Positions 28,269 to 38,315 of a stretch of DNA of 62,182 nucleotides are shown here, piece after piece. Under the pieces are notes generated by a model that was given only the letters and a program-made list of their open reading frames with translations, made no database searches and had not been told where the DNA came from. Position 1 is the first letter of the stretch; every line of letters starts with the position of its first letter. The position numbers and the translations under genes are program-made. Source of the stretch: Eubacteriales bacterium (GTDB lineage: Bacteria > Bacillota > Clostridia > Oscillospirales > CAG-382). The DNA lies in NCBI GenBank assembly GCA_045539625.1, contig JAZQFS010000125.1, positions 1 through 62,182 of the forward strand, read 5' to 3'.

Positions 28269-30503
28269 CTATCTCGGAATACCGCCGCCCATATTGCCAC
28301 CCATGTTTCTGCCGCCTGCCATACCGCCGCCGTAGCCGCCCGGCATTCCGCCCATACCCATAGCGGGCATTCCGCCCATGCCCATCATACCGAATATGGA
28401 GCTTTGTGTTCTCTGGGTATTTTCAATAATGATAACATCACCGACTTCAAGTCCGTCAATAATTTCGATGTATTCTTCATCGCTGATACCCACGCTTACT
28501 CTTACTTCCTCATATTCCGAATCGATGGGAGCCGTTCCGTATGCGTTGACTCTTGATCCTTGAGGACGAGCGGCTTGTGCACTGTCTGTGGGTGCTTGTG
28601 CTTGCTCTGAATTGAAGGACGGTGCACCGGACATATTTTCCGAGGCGTTGATGTTGGGCTTTGTCTGTGAAACATCTTCCTTTGCAGTTTTGTCATCTGC
28701 CGAGTCAGCGCTGTCGGCTTTTGTGTTCTTAAGCACCTTTACCGTGTTTCCTCTGCCGATTGCCGTAACGGGAACGGCAAGAATGTTTTCACGCTTTTCG
28801 ACGATTATTTCAGCATCGATGTTCATGCCGGGACGAAGCATTTTCTTTTCGTTTCTCACTTCCACCGTCATAGTGCCGAAATTGTCGTCAAAGGAGTAAA
28901 CGCTTGTGCCTGTAATGTAAGAGCTTTCGGTATAATTGTTGAGCTTTTCATCGCCTATGTATAAGGAATAACCGCCGTCATAGGATACCTTCTTTATAAC
29001 AGTTCCGTCGCTGTAGGTGTAAACAGATGCGCCTTGGGCAAGAGAGGTGTCTTCAAGAACGTATGTATTTTCCGTGCTTGTCATACCCGTCTTGTAAACC
29101 TTGCTGACAGTGCCGTCCTCAAGAACGGTTCTTTTTGATAAATCCTCAACGTTTTCAATTGTCACCTCTACGGGATAAACGGTAGTGCCGCTTGTGGTTG
29201 TGCCTTGAATACTTACATTGGTGACAACGCCCGTGTAGGTCTGACCTTCACGTGAGTCGCTGGTGATAATAACCTGCTGACCTTCCACAAGACTGTCAAT
29301 GTCAAGCTCATCAATGCTCATTGTGAATTTAAGCGCCGACATATCGTAAATCACGGCAAGTGAGGAGGAATTGTTTCCGCCGCCGCCTCCGATTGTGTCG
29401 CCCGCCTTGTAATTCTTTGAAATCACAGTACCCGAAATGGGGGAGGTGATGTTGTAGTTGTCGTAAGCATCAAGTGCGTCCTCAAGATTTGTTTCGGCGT
29501 TTTCCACATTAATTTCAAGGGATTCAATCTGGTTGTTGAGTGAGGTGCTTTCAAGTCTTAAAAGAATACTTCCTTTGTTTATTCTCTGACCTTCCTGAAA
29601 ATATATTTGGGAAACATCGCCTGCAATCTCGGAGTACACCGAGCCCTTGTCGCTGTAGTCGAATGAGCCGTGAGAGGTACATACAGCGTCACCTACGGTG
29701 GCAACACCCAAGGTTGAAGGAGTAATAGCACCCGTGTTGTTTACGGCAATGCTTACCTTTCGTGTTGTTGCACCTATTGAGCTTACCGCTGTAACGGGAC
29801 TTATTTCGTCAACAACCCCTTCAAGAACTTCGGGAGAGTCGATAAACGAAACAAAAGCCTTGTCGCCGATATTCATTTGCTTTGTATCAACGTCAAGAAA
29901 AGGCACTTCAAGAATCATTGTACTGCTGTCAATAATATCTGCAATAAGTGTGCCTGCTCCTATTTCGTCGCCTACCTCAACGTGCAGCTTCTCAATAACG
30001 CCCGTAACCTCAGAGTCAACATTGAGCTTTTCAAGCTTTTCGTATGCTTCGTCAAGATTTGTCTTTGCGGTTTTAAGTGAGTTTCTTGCTTTTGTGACGT
30101 TGGAATCCAGAGAGTCCGATTCAATTTCGTATAAAAGCTGATCTTCTACAACCGTGTCGCCTTTGTTGAAATGGTCTGATAAAATCTCGCCGCTTACAAG
30201 TGCTGTTATTGTGTACTGTTCGTTAGGCTCAATTGTGCCCGTGCTTGTAAGCACTTTTGTGATGGTGCGGTATGCAGTCCGGTCGGTAAGAGCGTATGTG
30301 GTAAGGGTTGAGGCACTTGCTTCGTCCTTGCCCAAAAGCTTGTCAAACATACCTGCCTTGTACAGACCAAAAATTACAATTAATGCAACTATCACAATAA
30401 TTATAACGGTTTTAATTATCTTTTTCCTTTTCTTTTTATTGTAGGATTTTAAGGAATTTTGGCGGGACTGCTGCTTGTCTGCAGTCTCTTGGGTGTTGTT
30501 CAT
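28269..30503 (-). CDS. Membrane fusion/adaptor protein (MacA/YknX-like), unusually long
   Basis: N-terminal TM anchor, two lipoyl-hairpin sets, LRPGMN, VSVGISDEEYIEIIDGL, Gly/Met tail. Confidence 0.88.
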   Translation of the reverse strand: MNNTQETADKQQSRQNSLKSYNKKKRKKIIKTVIIIVIVALIVIFGLYKAGMFDKLLGKDEASASTLTTYALTDRTAYRTITKVLTSTGTIEPNEQYTITALVSGEILSDHFNKGDTVVEDQLLYEIESDSLDSNVTKARNSLKTAKTNLDEAYEKLEKLNVDSEVTGVIEKLHVEVGDEIGAGTLIADIIDSSTMILEVPFLDVDTKQMNIGDKAFVSFIDSPEVLEGVVDEISPVTAVSSIGATTRKVSIAVNNTGAITPSTLGVATVGDAVCTSHGSFDYSDKGSVYSEIAGDVSQIYFQEGQRINKGSILLRLESTSLNNQIESLEINVENAETNLEDALDAYDNYNITSPISGTVISKNYKAGDTIGGGGGNNSSSLAVIYDMSALKFTMSIDELDIDSLVEGQQVIITSDSREGQTYTGVVTNVSIQGTTTSGTTVYPVEVTIENVEDLSKRTVLEDGTVSKVYKTGMTSTENTYVLEDTSLAQGASVYTYSDGTVIKKVSYDGGYSLYIGDEKLNNYTESSYITGTSVYSFDDNFGTMTVEVRNEKKMLRPGMNIDAEIIVEKRENILAVPVTAIGRGNTVKVLKNTKADSADSADDKTAKEDVSQTKPNINASENMSGAPSFNSEQAQAPTDSAQAARPQGSRVNAYGTAPIDSEYEEVRVSVGISDEEYIEIIDGLEVGDVIIIENTQRTQSSIFGMMGMGGMPAMGMGGMPGGYGGGMAGGRNMGGNMGGGIPR

Positions 30504-30739
30504 AGAAAGCATCCTTTCACTCAATAAATTTACGGTAATTATGTTAGCAGTATTTTGTGAATTGGAAAAGTGTTTAATGTGATGGTAATATGTTTTTTTA
30601 AAGTAATTTTGTTTACAATTTCCCGATTTAAGGCAAAAAGGGTGATTGTTAAAAGATTATTTATAATTATGTGTAGATAATAACAGATAAATCTATTATA
30701 CTAACATAAGTTACGATAAAATGTACGGAGGTAGTATAA

Positions 30740-31567
30740 ATGGCAGACAATTGTACACATGATTGCAGTACCTGCTCTGAGAATTGTTCTTCGAGAGATA
30801 AAACAAGCTTGCTCGAGCCTCTTAACGCACACAGCAGCGTTAAAAAGGTAATAGGCATTGTCAGCGGTAAGGGCGGCGTAGGTAAGTCTATGGTAACCTC
30901 GCTTCTTGCTTCACTTATGGCAAGAAAGGGCTATAACGTAGGTATTCTCGATGCAGATATCACAGGTCCTTCAATTCCCAAGGCTTTTGGCGTAAAGGGA
31001 CAGATTACAGGCTTTGACGGCTTTATGGTGCCCAAGCTCAGCCACAGCGGAATTAAGATTATGTCAGCAAACCTTCTTCTTGAAAAGGAAGATGTGCCTG
31101 TTATATGGAGAGGCGCAATGATTGCAGGAGCTGTCAAGCAGTTCTGGACAGACACAGTATGGGAAGATCTTGACTTTATGTTTATCGATATGCCTCCAGG
31201 AACAGGCGACGTGCCCCTTACCGTGTTCCAGTCAATCCCCTTGGACGGTATTGTAATGGTAACAAGTCCTCAGGAGCTTGTATCGCTTGTTGTTGCAAAG
31301 GCTGTAAATATGGCAAAGACCATGGAAATACCGATTATCGGTCTTGTTGAAAACATGAGCTATGCAGAATGTCCCGACTGCGGCAAGAAGATTGAAATCT
31401 TCGGTAAGAGCAAGACAGAGGAAACAGCAAACAAGGAAGGTCTCGAGCTTCTTGCAAGAGTACCCTTCAATCCTCAGATAGCTGCCCTTGCAGACAGCGG
31501 TGAAATCGAAAAGTTCAGCGGCGACTACTTTGATAAGCTGGTTGATACTGTTGAAAAGATGCTTTAA
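30740..31567 (+). CDS. Mrp/ApbC/NBP35 Fe-S carrier ATPase
   Basis: SGKGGVGKS, DADITGPS, DMPPGTGD, ENMS..CPDC. Confidence 0.93.
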   Translation: MADNCTHDCSTCSENCSSRDKTSLLEPLNAHSSVKKVIGIVSGKGGVGKSMVTSLLASLMARKGYNVGILDADITGPSIPKAFGVKGQITGFDGFMVPKLSHSGIKIMSANLLLEKEDVPVIWRGAMIAGAVKQFWTDTVWEDLDFMFIDMPPGTGDVPLTVFQSIPLDGIVMVTSPQELVSLVVAKAVNMAKTMEIPIIGLVENMSYAECPDCGKKIEIFGKSKTEETANKEGLELLARVPFNPQIAALADSGEIEKFSGDYFDKLVDTVEKML

Positions 31568-31587
31568 GATATTTTGAATACTTTTTT

Positions 31588-31696
31588 GAAAACTGTCTTT
31601 ACGTATGTAAGGGCAGTTTTTTTGTTTCTGTTTTATTGAAGTGGCAAAGGAAGAAGAAAAAAACTGCTCTCACCGTCAGTGAAAGCAGTAAAAAAA
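31588..31696. terminator. Two terminators for convergent mrp and rnf
   Basis: aaaactgtctttac/gtaagggcagtttt + T run; A run + actgctctcac/gtgaaagcagt. Confidence 0.75.
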
Positions 31697-31707
31697 TTAA
31701 CCGTAAA

Positions 31708-32553
31708 TCAGCCCTGCGTCAAATCCTGCTTGAAACGGATAATACCGTCCTCGCCCTGCGAACGAGCCGACCAGATGATTTTTCTCGGACACTTGCTTTC
31801 GCAAAGTCCGCAGCCGTCGCACTTGGAATAGTCAATTTCAGCAAGAGTACCTGTAACCTTGATGGCTTCGTTGGGACACGCCTTTTCGCAGATTTTGCAG
31901 CCGATACAGCCAACATTGCAGTAGCTCTTTGTTACCGCACCCTTGTCGGCACTGGAACAGCCTACCCAATGCTTTGCATCATAGGGGATAAGCTTAATTA
32001 TACCCTTTGGACATGCCGCAACGCACATACCGCAGGCAACGCATTTTTCATAGTCGACAGCCGCAACGCCGTTGATAATGTGTATGGCATCAAACTTGCA
32101 CGCCGAAGCACAGGTTCCAAGACCGATACAGCCGTTGGGACAAAGCTTGTCGCCGCCCGAAAGCTTGTTTGCGCTTACACAGTCGTGAATACCTTGGTAA
32201 ACGTACTTCTTGACAGCAAGCTCGTGAGTGCCCGAACACATAACCTGTGCTCTTTGACGAACTCTTGTACCGTCAACAGACTTGCCCATAATTTCGCCGA
32301 TTTTTGCAACAACCTCGTCTGAAACCGAGTTGCAGGCTGTCATGGGAGCTTCGCCCTTAACTATAGCTTCTGCAAGAGCAGCACAGCCTGTGTATCCGCA
32401 GCCGCCGCAGTTTGCACCGGGAAGAAGCTCGGAAATTCTTTCAATTCGCTCGTCTGTTTTTACAAAGAACAGCTTTGAAGCTGTGGCAAGTATAAGACCT
32501 AAAACGCCGCTTATAACGGCAAAGCATAAAAATGCTTTAAGTATAGCAATCAT
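31708..32553 (-). CDS. rnfB: Rnf complex subunit B
   Basis: LPGANCGGCGYTGC and polyferredoxin CxxCxxCxxxCP motifs. Confidence 0.95.
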   Translation of the reverse strand: MIAILKAFLCFAVISGVLGLILATASKLFFVKTDERIERISELLPGANCGGCGYTGCAALAEAIVKGEAPMTACNSVSDEVVAKIGEIMGKSVDGTRVRQRAQVMCSGTHELAVKKYVYQGIHDCVSANKLSGGDKLCPNGCIGLGTCASACKFDAIHIINGVAAVDYEKCVACGMCVAACPKGIIKLIPYDAKHWVGCSSADKGAVTKSYCNVGCIGCKICEKACPNEAIKVTGTLAEIDYSKCDGCGLCESKCPRKIIWSARSQGEDGIIRFKQDLTQG

Positions 32554-32581
32554 TATTCTCTATCCTTTCAAGTGTTATCGG

Positions 32582-33172
32582 CTAAAAGGGAAGCTCAACG
32601 CCCTGGAAGCCTGCAAATGCCATAGCTATAAGACAAGCGGTGACAAGTGCAATAGGTGTTCCTTTAAAGCACTTTGGAGTGTCTGCAAAGATTACTCTTG
32701 CACGCACGCCTGCAAAGATGATGATGGCAATTGTCCAGCCCACAGCCGAGCCGAAGCTGAAGATTACCGATTCAAGCAGATTGTAGCCGTTCTGTATACA
32801 TAACAGCGCAGCACCGAGAATTGCGCAGTTTGTTGTGATAAGGGGAAGGTAAATACCAAGCGCCGAATACAGTGACGGAACAGACTTTTTAAGGAACATT
32901 TCTATAAGCTGAACAAGACTTGCGATAATGAGAATGAAGGCTATGGTCTTTAAGTATTCAAGCTCCAAGGGAACAAGAACAAAGTGGTAAATAAGCCACG
33001 TAATAACCGAGGAAAGTGTCATAACAAAGGTTACGGCACAGCCCATACCGAAAGCAGTTGACGGCTTTTCGGAAAGTCCGAGAAAAGGACATATACCCAA
33101 GAAGCGTGAAAATACATAGTTTTCAATAAGTACGGAGGAAATAAGTATAGCGATAAGTGAGCCGAAAGTCAT
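32582..33172 (-). CDS. rnfA: Rnf complex subunit A
   Basis: FLGICPFLG, LPLITTNCAILG. Confidence 0.95.
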   Translation of the reverse strand: MTFGSLIAILISSVLIENYVFSRFLGICPFLGLSEKPSTAFGMGCAVTFVMTLSSVITWLIYHFVLVPLELEYLKTIAFILIIASLVQLIEMFLKKSVPSLYSALGIYLPLITTNCAILGAALLCIQNGYNLLESVIFSFGSAVGWTIAIIIFAGVRARVIFADTPKCFKGTPIALVTACLIAMAFAGFQGVELPF

Positions 33173-33795
33173 TACTTTTTACCTCCTTTTCTGTTTTTAG
33201 CATAAGTGAGAATTGCATTTACCGCCGCAATAAGACAGCCAAGTGTCAGGAATGCGCCAGCAGGCAGTACAAAGAATAACATGGGCTTGTAGCCGGGAAT
33301 TGCAAATCCCATAACTGTTCCCGAGCCCAAAAGCTCTCTTATAAAGCCCAAAATTCCAAGAGCAAAGGTAAAGCCGATACCCATAAATAAACCGTCAAGC
33401 ATTGAAGGAACAGGACCGTTCTTTGAAGCAAAGGCTTCGGCTCTTGCAAGGATTATGCAGTTTACGACTATAAGGGGAATGAAAAGACCGAGAGACTTGT
33501 CAAGGGCAGGTAAGAAAGCCTTGATAAGAAGCTCGACACAGGTTACAAAGCCTGAAATAATTACTATGTAAGCTGCAATTCGCACCTGCTTGGGAATAAA
33601 CTTTCTGAGTAAAGAAATAAGAAGGTTTGACAGAATCAGTACCGCCGTTGCCGAAATACCCATACCCAGACCGTTGATAAGCGATGTAGAGGTAGCAAGC
33701 GTGGGACAAGTACCGAGAAGCTGTACAAGAATGGGGTTTTGGTCAAAAAGGGAGCTTAAAAAATGCTGTTTTGCATTGAATTTTTCACCGCTCAT
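33172..33795 (-). CDS. rnfE: Rnf complex subunit E
   Basis: LLGTCPTLATS, FIPLIVVNCIILARAE. Confidence 0.95.
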   Translation of the reverse strand: MSGEKFNAKQHFLSSLFDQNPILVQLLGTCPTLATSTSLINGLGMGISATAVLILSNLLISLLRKFIPKQVRIAAYIVIISGFVTCVELLIKAFLPALDKSLGLFIPLIVVNCIILARAEAFASKNGPVPSMLDGLFMGIGFTFALGILGFIRELLGSGTVMGFAIPGYKPMLFFVLPAGAFLTLGCLIAAVNAILTYAKNRKGGKK

Positions 33796-34415
33796 TACTT
33801 GTCACCTCCCACAGTTGTTTTGTATACAAATACCTGATTGCAGGCATTTGCAACGGCATCGATAACAGGCTTTGAGGTTTTGGTTGCACCTGAGATGATG
33901 TCAACATTTTTCGCTTCTGTTTCGTTTTTGCCTGCAAACTTGGATAAGAAGCCGCTGTCCTGTGCCTTTGTGCCGATACCGCTTGTTTCGGACATTGAAA
34001 CGATTTTCACACCCTTAACCGTAAGGTCGGGATTTATTGCAACAAGCATGTTGATTTCTGCTTTGAAGCCCATGGGCGCAACAGATACGCCGTAGAATAA
34101 AGGCTCGCTGTTGTGGTTTTCTATAACGTAAAGTGCTTTTACGTCCTTGTTGAGAGTACAGTCGGCAATTACGCATTTTGCAATTGTCTCACCGTCTTCT
34201 TCAATGATGAAATCTTCTCCCGAAACTTCAAAGGAATGACCGTCAAAGTCGTCCTTGAAAATGTCTGTCAAAGCTTCTGCCGTGCTGACACGCACATTGT
34301 ACTTGATTCTGTCCTTGGTAATAAAGTTGACAAAAGCAACAATAAGTGCAACAAGCGCGCAGATAACAAGAAGCTTTAAAGTAATTACGGCAATGTCTTT
34401 GTTTTTACTTTGCAT
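33795..34415 (-). CDS. rnfG: Rnf complex subunit G
   Basis: N-terminal TM, ETSGIG, FMN site ISGATKTS. Confidence 0.92.
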   Translation of the reverse strand: MQSKNKDIAVITLKLLVICALVALIVAFVNFITKDRIKYNVRVSTAEALTDIFKDDFDGHSFEVSGEDFIIEEDGETIAKCVIADCTLNKDVKALYVIENHNSEPLFYGVSVAPMGFKAEINMLVAINPDLTVKGVKIVSMSETSGIGTKAQDSGFLSKFAGKNETEAKNVDIISGATKTSKPVIDAVANACNQVFVYKTTVGGDK

Positions 34416-35412
34416 CTTTCTTTGCACCTCCGAACTTTACGGGCTTTGTGCCCTTGTCAAGATACCATACAAACAGGTTCATAATAAGTATTGCAAAGGA
34501 TACACCCTCGGGATATCCTCCGAAATAACGGATAAATACGGTAATAAGACCGCAGCCAATACCGTAAATGATTCTGCCTTTCTTAGTGACAGGGCTTGTA
34601 ACGTAGTCGGTTGCCATAAAGATTGCACCCAGCATAAGACCGCCGCTGAAAAGCTGATATTGCATAAATGAAAGATGGGAAAAATCTCCTGCGGGGAAGA
34701 TAAAGGAAATAATAGCAACGGTTGCAAGATAGGTTACGGGAATGTGCCAGGAAATAACCTTTCTGCAGATGAGATACACACCGCCGAGAATAAGCAGAGT
34801 TGCGCTTACTTCGCCGATACAGCCCGAAACTCCGCCCAAAAGACAGGACATCGAGGAGTCGGCGGGGACAGTTCCCGATTTCAGTCCCACAAGGGGAGTA
34901 GCTCCTGCCATAATGTCGCTTGAAGCGTCAATGCTGATTTTAAAGGCAGGATGATGAACGTAAGGCTTTGTGAAGGCTGTAAGCTCACCGGGGTATGCTA
35001 TAAATAAGAATACTCTTGCCGCAAGTGCGGGGTTTACGATGTTTTTACCCACACCGCCGTAAAGCTGCTTTACAATTACAATTGCAAAGAATGCACCCAC
35101 TGCGGGAATCCATAACGGCACCGAAACAGGAAGAGAAAAAGCAAGTAAAATACCTGTAACAACGGCAGATAAATCGCCGATTGTGTTGGATTTTTTCATT
35201 ATCTTTCTGTAAAGATATTCAAATACAACGCAGGAAATAACGCTTACAGCAGTAAGAACGGCACTTCTGAAGCCGAAAACGTATACCGCCCAGAAAAGTG
35301 CAGGCATAAGTGCGAGAATAACGTCGCCCATTATGTTGGTTGTTCTGACGGGACTCTTAAGATGGGGAGATGCCGTCATTGTAAGAAATTTGTTCTGAGA
35401 GCCTTGTGTCAT
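34405..35412 (-). CDS. rnfD: Rnf complex subunit D
   Basis: SPH, AGATPL FMN site, MATDYVTSP, YPEGVSFAIL. Confidence 0.95.
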   Translation of the reverse strand: MTQGSQNKFLTMTASPHLKSPVRTTNIMGDVILALMPALFWAVYVFGFRSAVLTAVSVISCVVFEYLYRKIMKKSNTIGDLSAVVTGILLAFSLPVSVPLWIPAVGAFFAIVIVKQLYGGVGKNIVNPALAARVFLFIAYPGELTAFTKPYVHHPAFKISIDASSDIMAGATPLVGLKSGTVPADSSMSCLLGGVSGCIGEVSATLLILGGVYLICRKVISWHIPVTYLATVAIISFIFPAGDFSHLSFMQYQLFSGGLMLGAIFMATDYVTSPVTKKGRIIYGIGCGLITVFIRYFGGYPEGVSFAILIMNLFVWYLDKGTKPVKFGGAKKDAK

Positions 35413-36767
35413 TGTGCCTTAGCCTCCTTTTCCTTTGCGGCTTTTTCTGCCGCAGCCTTCTTTTTGTCTGCGATAATCTGTCCCTTTACCGTCCTTATGT
35501 ACTGAACAATGGGAACACGTGCAGGACAGTTGTAGGTACAGCTTCCGCACTCAACGCAGGAAAGAATACCGAATTCTTCTGCATTTTCCTTGTCGCCCAG
35601 CTTTGAAAAGGCTGCAAGATAGTTTGGCATAAGGTGCATGGGACACACGCCTATGCACTTTCCGCAATGGATACAGTCGCCCTCCTTGTTGTCCTGAGTT
35701 TTGTCAGACAGTGCAAGAATGGCACTTGTGTTTTTCATAATAACGGAATTCATATCCCACTGTGCCGTGCCCATCATAGGACCGCCGCTCACGATTTTGC
35801 AAAGATTGTCCTTTGCACCGCCGCACGCTTCAAGTACCTCGCCGATGGAAACGCCCACGGGAATTCTGAAGTTCTGAGGCTTTTCAACAGCATCGCCGTC
35901 AATTGTGACAACCGTGCTGATAAGAGGCATGCCGTTGTATACTGCGTGATATACCGCAACACAGGTCTCGGCGTTGAAGATAACACAGCCAACATCTGCA
36001 GGAAGCTTGCCCTGAGGCATCTCAATTCCCTTTATTGCGTACATAAGCTGTCTTTCGTCGCCCTGAGGGTACTTTGTTTTAAGCACCTGTACGCAGGCAT
36101 TGGGAGCTTCACCAAGCTTTTCGCTCATAACGGAGACAGCGTCCATCTTGTTGTTTTCGATAGCTACCGTCATGTGAGAAGCACCCGTGGCTTTCATAAG
36201 AATACGCGCACCGCCAAGTATGTACTGCGGCTCTTCAAGCATAAGTCTGTGGTTTTCCGTTATGTACGGCTCGCACTCGGCACAGTTTATGATAATCTCG
36301 CTTGCCTTGCCGATTGCCGACTGAATTTTTGCATATGTGGGGAAGGACGCACCGCCAAGTCCGCACACACCTGCTTTACGTACAAGCTCGATAATTTCTT
36401 CGGCACCTGCCGTCATCGGGTCGCCGTCATACGGCTTTATGAAGTCGTCAAGTGTATCGGTAAAATCGTTTTCAATGATTATGTGAGCAGTCTTGCCGTA
36501 TCCCGTGTAGGAATTTCTCATTTCTATGTCGCACACCGTTCCCGAAACCGAAGCGTGAATGGGGCAGGAAAGACCGTTTTCAAAACTGCCTATAAGCTGT
36601 CCTTTTTTTACATAGTCGCCCTTTGCAACAAGAGGCACGGCAGGAGCGCCGATGTGCTGCTGCATGGGTATTGCAACCTTTTGCGGCTGAGGGAAATCCG
36701 TTATGGGACAATTTCGGGTATTTTTGTTGTCGGGCATATGCAATCCGCCCTTGAATGTCTTTAACAT
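35409..36767 (-). CDS. rnfC: Rnf complex subunit C
   Basis: QHIGAP, GLGGASFPT, NCAECEPY, two 4Fe-4S motifs. Confidence 0.95.
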   Translation of the reverse strand: MLKTFKGGLHMPDNKNTRNCPITDFPQPQKVAIPMQQHIGAPAVPLVAKGDYVKKGQLIGSFENGLSCPIHASVSGTVCDIEMRNSYTGYGKTAHIIIENDFTDTLDDFIKPYDGDPMTAGAEEIIELVRKAGVCGLGGASFPTYAKIQSAIGKASEIIINCAECEPYITENHRLMLEEPQYILGGARILMKATGASHMTVAIENNKMDAVSVMSEKLGEAPNACVQVLKTKYPQGDERQLMYAIKGIEMPQGKLPADVGCVIFNAETCVAVYHAVYNGMPLISTVVTIDGDAVEKPQNFRIPVGVSIGEVLEACGGAKDNLCKIVSGGPMMGTAQWDMNSVIMKNTSAILALSDKTQDNKEGDCIHCGKCIGVCPMHLMPNYLAAFSKLGDKENAEEFGILSCVECGSCTYNCPARVPIVQYIRTVKGQIIADKKKAAAEKAAKEKEAKAQ

Positions 36768-36976
36768 TGTACCAATCCTTTCGTTAAAGATTTGTCAATA
36801 TACCGCTGTTTTCTTCAATTAATTAATTATATCACGAAAATCAAATCTGTTCAAGATGTTTTTTGCAATTTCGGACGATTTTTGTATAAATAATTTTAAG
36901 TGTTCACCAAAACAGGTAGAAATGTGTAAAATTATGTGTTATTATTTTGAAAGATTGTAAACCGAGGTGTATAATA

Positions 36977-37510
36977 ATGGACGGAGAAAGAGTAATTTAC
37001 AGCGGAAGACCGCAAGGAGAAGTCACTGAAACGGAAAAACAGATTTATGATTTTCTTGACGGGCACAATATAAGCTTTTCAAGGCTTGACAGAATAAAAA
37101 GCGACGGCGAAACAGAGGACGTTTATACAATCCTCGGCATACGCCGTCTTAAAAATCTTTTGCTGTGTAACGCACAGAGAAGCGCTTTTTATCTGCTTGT
37201 AATGCCTGCCGACGTGCCCTTTAAATCTGCGGTGCTGTCAGCACAGATGGGAACAAGCCGCTTTAAGTTTGCTCCCGAAGAATATCTTGACAGGTATCTT
37301 CATGCACACCCCGGAACTTCAAGCATTATGGGACTTGTTTTCGATAAGGAAAATAAGGTAAAGCTTCTCATTGACAGCAGAGTGCTTGAGGAAAAGTACA
37401 TCGGCTGTCTGCCATGCACCGAAAACGCAAGCCTGAGATTTGAAAAGGATGATATTCTTAATAAATTCCTGCCTGCCGTCTTACATGATTATACTGTTGT
37501 AACTATGTAA
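36977..37510 (+). CDS. YbaK/ProX-family aminoacyl-tRNA editing protein
   Basis: KNLLLCNAQR, PGTSSIMGL, LPCTENASL. Confidence 0.8.
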   Translation: MDGERVIYSGRPQGEVTETEKQIYDFLDGHNISFSRLDRIKSDGETEDVYTILGIRRLKNLLLCNAQRSAFYLLVMPADVPFKSAVLSAQMGTSRFKFAPEEYLDRYLHAHPGTSSIMGLVFDKENKVKLLIDSRVLEEKYIGCLPCTENASLRFEKDDILNKFLPAVLHDYTVVTM

Positions 37511-38161
37511 TTATTCGCAGAGCAAAGTGAAAAGCTCATCTACAGTGTCGGCAATTTTGTATGCACCAGCTTCGCTGAGCTCTTCTTTTGAGCCAAAGCC
37601 GAAGGTGACGCCTACCGTTTTTATGCCGAACTCTGCCGCTCCTTCAACGTCGTGCAGTCTGTCGCCTACCATAAGAACGGTGTCAGACGGCGGATTTCCG
37701 ATGCTTTCAAGGGCGTACTGTATAACCTCCGACTTTTTTGTGCGTGAGTTGCTCATAAGAGCACCTGCAACAAAGTCAAAGTACTGTGACAAATTAAAGT
37801 GATCAAGTATGATTTTTGCAAATTTTTCCGGCTTTGATGTGGCAAGTACAATTTTTTTGCCCATCTTTTTAAGCTTGTCAAGCATTTGGGGTATACCCTC
37901 GTAAACCTCGTTCTGGTATATGCCCTTTACGGAATAGTATTCACGGTATTTTGCAACATATTCTTCGCCTTTTTCTCTGTCAACACCGCAGTAAAGCATA
38001 AACTGCTCACGAAGGGGAGGACCGATGAAGGGACGAAGTGCTTTTTTGCTTTCGTACCCGTTTCCGAAAAAGTCAAGAGCATATGCAACAGCCGTTGTAA
38101 TGCCTTCCTCGGGATTTGTAATTGTGCCGTCAAGGTCGAAAAGTAAAGTTGTGTATTTCAT
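37511..38161 (-). CDS. HAD-family phosphatase
   Basis: FDLDGT, ATSK, MVGDRLHDVEGA. Confidence 0.9.
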   Translation of the reverse strand: MKYTTLLFDLDGTITNPEEGITTAVAYALDFFGNGYESKKALRPFIGPPLREQFMLYCGVDREKGEEYVAKYREYYSVKGIYQNEVYEGIPQMLDKLKKMGKKIVLATSKPEKFAKIILDHFNLSQYFDFVAGALMSNSRTKKSEVIQYALESIGNPPSDTVLMVGDRLHDVEGAAEFGIKTVGVTFGFGSKEELSEAGAYKIADTVDELFTLLCE

Positions 38162-38256
38162 GGGATTACCTCCGTTTTTGACAGTATAGCAGTTTTGTGT
38201 GAATATATTTTTTATGTACTGTAAAATTTAGTTTTAAAAGTTTTGCCCTCTCAGTA

Positions 38257-38285
38257 TTGACAAAAGAGTCTTTGCAACATATAAT
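38257..38285 (+). promoter_or_regulatory. Consensus sigmaA promoter of the hydrolase-murF-ddl operon
   Basis: TTGACA-17 bp-TATAAT. Confidence 0.88.
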
Positions 38286-38315
38286 TATAATAGCTTTTTA
38301 TGTGAGGTTGTAAAT

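Noticed and set aside
35634-36764. 376-aa plus-strand ORF (also 31636..32322, 58809..59645, 46181..46813)
   Set aside because: Antisense shadows of rnfC, rnfB, GH paralog A and groESL, explained by codon bias.
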